This document shows positions 59,957 through 64,000 of a DNA stretch of 64,000 bases, in pieces (position 1 is the first letter of the stretch; the number at the start of each line of letters is the position of its first letter). Source of the DNA: Candidatus Woesebacteria bacterium (GTDB lineage: Bacteria > Patescibacteriota > Microgenomatia > UBA8517). A model generated the notes under the pieces. That model did not search any database. It had not been told where the DNA came from and saw only the letters and a program-made list of their open reading frames with translations. A program made the translations under genes and the position numbers. The stretch lies in NCBI GenBank assembly GCA_020060845.1, contig JAGUZK010000017.1:23935-87934 (forward strand), in the 5' to 3' direction.

Positions 59957-60705
59957 TTTTTTGCAACCAACAAAAGACCTACGCCTTTATTTGTCCAGCA
60001 AAAAAGATTATCAATCCAAAGGGGTAAAGACAATAGTAACTTTAGTCTTTCACTAGATAAAAACTTAGATAGGAAAAAATTACTTTTAGAAAAAGAAATT
60101 CCTTTCTCAACCTTTAAAATAAAAAGCGGAGAAAGAAAAAATTTATCCCAAATATATCCAAGAGGGAATCCCCAATAGAAAACTTTAATGACAGAAAATC
60201 CACTCTTTTTGAAAACCCCAACTAACCCTTCAGCGTTGTATCTACGAAAATGTCCAGCATACTCATCCACCTTGCTCCAAAGACCTGGACGTGCTGGAAC
60301 CGTGACAACACATATTCCATTTTTCTTAAGACATTTATAGAAACCTTTAATTGCATACTCGTCATCTTCTAAATGTTCTAGTGTTTCTCCCGATACTATT
60401 GCATCAAATAAGAAAGTTGTTTTATAAAGGAATTCTTCACCCGCAACTTTAATACTCACATTTTTAATTTTCTTAACATTTAGTCTTTTTTTAAGGAAAT
60501 TTATAGAAAGCTCAGACAAATCAACTCCAACACAACTGTAACCCGCTGAAGAAAGCCTAATAATCAAGTTTCCAGTACCACATCCAAAGTCCAAAATCGT
60601 CCCCCGATTCTTGTACTTTGATATTTCTCTTAAAATAAGAGAATTACGATAATAATCTCGCGGCCCTGAAAAATTTGGATCTTCTCCCCATTTAATTTTC
60701 TTCAT
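59953..60705 (-). CDS. Class I SAM-dependent methyltransferase
   Basis: LDFGCGTG, ETLEHL, VPA...DEYAGHFRRY. Confidence 0.88.
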   Translation of the reverse strand: MKKIKWGEDPNFSGPRDYYRNSLILREISKYKNRGTILDFGCGTGNLIIRLSSAGYSCVGVDLSELSINFLKKRLNVKKIKNVSIKVAGEEFLYKTTFLFDAIVSGETLEHLEDDEYAIKGFYKCLKKNGICVVTVPARPGLWSKVDEYAGHFRRYNAEGLVGVFKKSGFSVIKVFYWGFPLGYIWDKFFLSPLFILKVEKGISFSKSNFFLSKFLSSERLKLLLSLPLWIDNLFCWTNKGVGLLLVAKK

Positions 60706-61532
60706 TTTAAAGCCTTTAAGAAAATTCCAACCCCAGGATTATTTAATGAAACTTTATTGTTTAACTTGTCAACCAAACCGGAAACACCAAAGAAAAGCTT
60801 AATAAATCCTTTTTTCTTTTTGGTTTGTTTTGAAAATTTACTCACTTGATTTTTAGTTCCTTGAGAAACCTTATCTTGAGCTAAAAGGATAGCTCCCAGG
60901 TTAATTAGATAGTGATTAAATGGTAAGCACCACTGGGTTAACGACTCTATTTTCTCAACCTTAAACCCTGCTTTTTTAACCACTTTTTTTATTTGAAGTG
61001 GAGTATAAAGCCTAATGTGTTGGTTCCAAATCCCCGCCCAGAAACCAGTCTTTATATGAGTCCCAAACAAATGCTCTAATACCCAATTGACCGGATCCCA
61101 AAAAAAGGGATAATTTGCGTTGGGGACTGAAAGACAAAGTACTCCACTCGGTTTCAAAACGCGATAAACTTCTTTTAACCCTTTAACATCATCCGGAAGA
61201 TGTTCTGCTACTTCGCTCATTACTATCTTGTCGAAGCTTTTATCTTTGAAGGGGAGTTTTTTCATCAAATCAGCTTGAATTAGTTTGACTTTCTTCCCTT
61301 TAAGGTTTTTCTTAGCAGATTTCAAAGCATTGGGATCAAAATCACACCCCGTCAAATCAAGATCTAGCCCAAGATTTGAAAGAAGATGCAAATAAAATCC
61401 GTCTCCGCAACCAACATCCAAGATCCTGTCCCCATCTTTTGGGTCCAATTCTTCAATTATTCTTCTTGCCCTTCTTTTGAGAGCCATATCGCCAGTGTTT
61501 TCCAATAATCTATCAATCAATCTTTTGGTCAT
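60702..61532 (-). CDS. Class I SAM-dependent methyltransferase
   Basis: LDVGCGDG, LPF, SEVAEHL, RVLKP, VPN. Confidence 0.88.
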   Translation of the reverse strand: MTKRLIDRLLENTGDMALKRRARRIIEELDPKDGDRILDVGCGDGFYLHLLSNLGLDLDLTGCDFDPNALKSAKKNLKGKKVKLIQADLMKKLPFKDKSFDKIVMSEVAEHLPDDVKGLKEVYRVLKPSGVLCLSVPNANYPFFWDPVNWVLEHLFGTHIKTGFWAGIWNQHIRLYTPLQIKKVVKKAGFKVEKIESLTQWCLPFNHYLINLGAILLAQDKVSQGTKNQVSKFSKQTKKKKGFIKLFFGVSGLVDKLNNKVSLNNPGVGIFLKALK

Positions 61533-61555
61533 AGTTCGTGGATTACTTCATTTAT

Positions 61556-62392
61556 TCATTTAATAGCACTTACAAAAATACTCACTCCCCCATTTCTTGA
61601 TAGGAATAAACTAAGATCATTCATACTATCAACTGCATTAATAACAAAAAAAACAAGCTTTAACCAGAAAGACTTCCTCTTTTTCCTCAACTTTTTTAAG
61701 AAAGAATTTGACCATGAAGTTGGAAATTTTCCACCATAAAGTAAATTAACATTAAAGGGAAGACACCAATTTGTAATACACTCTACTTGCTCTATCTTGA
61801 ACCCTGCTTTCTTAATAATTAAGGTGATATCCTCTCGACCATAAAGTCTCAAATGATTAGCCCAAATTCCACTCCAAAAACCATTTTTTATATGCTTTGA
61901 GAAGAAGTGCTCTAATATCCAGTTGAGAGGATCCCACAAAAATGGGTAGCTTTTATTTGGGACAGTAAGTATCAACTTACCTCCATTTTTTAATACTCTT
62001 CTTATCTCTTCTAAAGCTTTCAGATCGTCATCTATATGCTCTAAAACCTCGCTTAGAATAACCACATCAAAATTATTTGATGGGAAAGGCAAATCTGTAA
62101 TGTCGCCATACACTATCTTAACCTTTTCTCCTTTTAATCTAGTTTTGGCTATCTCTATAGATTCTCTATCATTATCTAAACCTACCAATCGCAATCTATT
62201 TTTTTTAAATATTTTTTTAAAACGCACAATTAAATCTAAGTAATAACCCCAACCACACCCCGCATCAAGTACTTTCCCTTGGTTATAAATACTCAATTCT
62301 CTCAAAATTTCAAAAGCTCTCCTCCTCAAGGCTATATCAATTTCTCCTGATACCAAATTCTTAATATTCCTTATCTTAGTCATATTTCCCAT
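61556..62392 (-). CDS. Class I SAM-dependent methyltransferase (paralogue of 60702-61532)
   Basis: LDAGCGWG, SEVLEHI, VPNKSYPFLWDPLNW. Confidence 0.88.
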   Translation of the reverse strand: MGNMTKIRNIKNLVSGEIDIALRRRAFEILRELSIYNQGKVLDAGCGWGYYLDLIVRFKKIFKKNRLRLVGLDNDRESIEIAKTRLKGEKVKIVYGDITDLPFPSNNFDVVILSEVLEHIDDDLKALEEIRRVLKNGGKLILTVPNKSYPFLWDPLNWILEHFFSKHIKNGFWSGIWANHLRLYGREDITLIIKKAGFKIEQVECITNWCLPFNVNLLYGGKFPTSWSNSFLKKLRKKRKSFWLKLVFFVINAVDSMNDLSLFLSRNGGVSIFVSAIK

Positions 62393-63539
62393 AAATTACT
62401 TCAAGATACGATTTTATCAAAATGTCAGCATTCCTTTCAGAGTATCTTTTTTCAGCAAAGCTCCTTGCATTTTTTGCCAACTCTTTAAGTTTATCAGGAT
62501 TTTTGTAAAAGTATTCAACTTCCTTCTTGATATTCTCGGGCGTAACTTCGATTAACTTACCAACTGTCTCATCCATAGCTTCGGGGATTGCTCCACGATT
62601 TGAACCAATCACAGGGGTTCCACAAGCTAGACTTTCCAAAATAACCCTTCCAAATCCTTCCTCGTGAATCGAGGGCACTATGGTTAAATCTGCTGCCGAA
62701 TAGTAAAGGGGTAATTTTTCTTGACTAACCCTACCAAGAAAAATTAAATGGTCAATGGTTGATGATTGTCGTCTAATTTCTCTTTCTAGAGGCCCAGATC
62801 CTGCAATGGCAAGAATTATGTTTTTATTCCATCTTTTTGAGGCTTCTAAAAGAACCAAAATTCCTTTTTCCTCTACAAGTCTTCCAACAAATAAAACTAC
62901 AAACTTATAATTCTGCCAGCCCAATTTTTGTCTAATTTTGGCTTTGGATTTTTGAACTTTGAATTTTTGTAAATCAATCCAATAGGTAAAGGTTTTAACT
63001 TTTTCGGGATTCACTCCCAATAACTCAACTTCTTTTTTTGATTGTTTAGATAAACATAAAACAGTATCGGAGTTGTCAAAGATCCACCTTGCAAAATTTC
63101 TGTATAAACCCTTTTGGGGAAAATTGTAAATCGAGTGGGTTGTTGTTATAACTTTTTTACCAAAAATCCTACCCCAAAATACAGCAACAAATCCAGCAAT
63201 AAGACCGTGGCTATGGATAACTGAAACCTTCCTTGCTTTACTCAATAAAATCAATGGCAACGCTAAAAAAAGTCCGGGGGTTAAAAACAGAAATTCCAAA
63301 ACAGGTTTATCAACTAATTTATAAAACCAACCTCTTATCCAAGGAATTCTATATATGAATATCCTTTTTCCTCGTCTCTCAAAAAAAGGCGCGGACACCG
63401 GCGTAGTTATCGGTTTATAAGTCAAAACCCAAACTGTCAATCCACGCCTACTAAGCTCATTAGTCAGATCGTCAAAGTGGGTCTCAATTCCCCCAACATT
63501 CGGAGAAAACCCAATCGTAACAAAAAGAATTGATTTCAT
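62376..63539 (-). CDS. Glycosyltransferase GT4
   Basis: VGGIETH, VGRLVEEKG, PSIHEEGFGRVILESLACGTPV. Confidence 0.9.
   Translation of the reverse strand: MKSILFVTIGFSPNVGGIETHFDDLTNELSRRGLTVWVLTYKPITTPVSAPFFERRGKRIFIYRIPWIRGWFYKLVDKPVLEFLFLTPGLFLALPLILLSKARKVSVIHSHGLIAGFVAVFWGRIFGKKVITTTHSIYNFPQKGLYRNFARWIFDNSDTVLCLSKQSKKEVELLGVNPEKVKTFTYWIDLQKFKVQKSKAKIRQKLGWQNYKFVVLFVGRLVEEKGILVLLEASKRWNKNIILAIAGSGPLEREIRRQSSTIDHLIFLGRVSQEKLPLYYSAADLTIVPSIHEEGFGRVILESLACGTPVIGSNRGAIPEAMDETVGKLIEVTPENIKKEVEYFYKNPDKLKELAKNARSFAEKRYSERNADILIKSYLEVIYGKYD
62748..62768. repeat. Heptamer tract within a CDS
   Basis: ATGGTCA ATGGTTG ATGATTG (21 bp; peptide QSSTIDH), same unit family as 55805. Confidence 0.6.
62937..62971. 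repeat. Degenerate heptamer tract within a CDS
   Basis: TTTGGCT TTGGATT TTTGAAC TTTGAAT TTTTGTA (peptide QKFKVQKSKAK), same family as 43531. Confidence 0.5.
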
Positions 63540-64000
63540 TGCTGACGATAAATGATTAATGACTTGAGAATAGATTGCATCTTAAACTTTAAAAAAACAT
63601 ATCCGTATATCAGAGTCGTACCCAAACACATCACTGGGTGCATAAACCAAGCAACATCTCTGATTTTTAAATACCCCTTAAATGATTCATACAAAGGTCC
63701 AAGTATTGTAAGACTATAAATCACAAAAACAAATAAGCCAAACTCATCCCCCGGCATAACTACACTCCAACGTCTTTTCTGGTGCTCCTCAAAGTGATAT
63801 TGTTCAACAAAACGCTTTCTCCTTTTCAAGAAGCCCCAAAAACCTCTCTGGTGTGTTAGGTGAATTATCGAATTTTTAACAAAAGCAAATTTATTAAAAC
63901 CTGCCGCAACCATATCGTACAAAACATCGACCGGGTAATGATTTTCTGGATCTGCTTTTGCATGCATCAGAACAAGTTTCCTCCTCATCAAGCAACCATT
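63536..64000 (-). CDS. C-terminal part of a probable GT2 glycosyltransferase (starts beyond the window)
   Basis: Frame is open to the window edge (NGCLMRRK...); C-terminal TM helices as in membrane-associated GT2s; ATGA-coupled to the next GT4. Confidence 0.55.
   Translation of the reverse strand, partial: NGCLMRRKLVLMHAKADPENHYPVDVLYDMVAAGFNKFAFVKNSIIHLTHQRGFWGFLKRRKRFVEQYHFEEHQKRRWSVVMPGDEFGLFVFVIYSLTILGPLYESFKGYLKIRDVAWFMHPVMCLGTTLIYGYVFLKFKMQSILKSLIIYRQQ

Overview
AT-rich bacterial window with almost every gene on the minus strand, translated with code 11. Gene content suggests Patescibacteria/CPR, probably the Microgenomates group (inference only). Positions 1-6.2 kb hold housekeeping genes: a partial ftsI/PBP, ftsL-like, rsmH, mraZ with a three-box operator, glyQS, DUF2130 and recO. 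From 6.2 kb to past the right edge lies a surface-glycan locus of at least 57 kb. It contains DUF4012, an initiating phosphoglycosyl transferase, ManC, 7 GT4s, about 11 GT2s (two fused to methyltransferases, two polyprenol-phosphate type), 9 GT-C-fold membrane proteins (three AftD/YfhO-like paralogues), Wzx, an acetyltransferase, an AsnB-type amidotransferase (the only credible + strand gene), 7 methyltransferase domains plus one pseudogene, and a split transketolase/epimerase/GtrB/methyltransferase module. A roughly 5 kb non-glycan insert (49.9-54.8 kb) carries a secreted M23 peptidase, a PsbP-like partner and orphan ORFs. Several glycan genes carry in-frame 7-bp-periodic tracts and short palindromic inserts. 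I saw no tRNA, rRNA, CRISPR array or transposase. Family calls come from motif recognition by eye, not from database searches.
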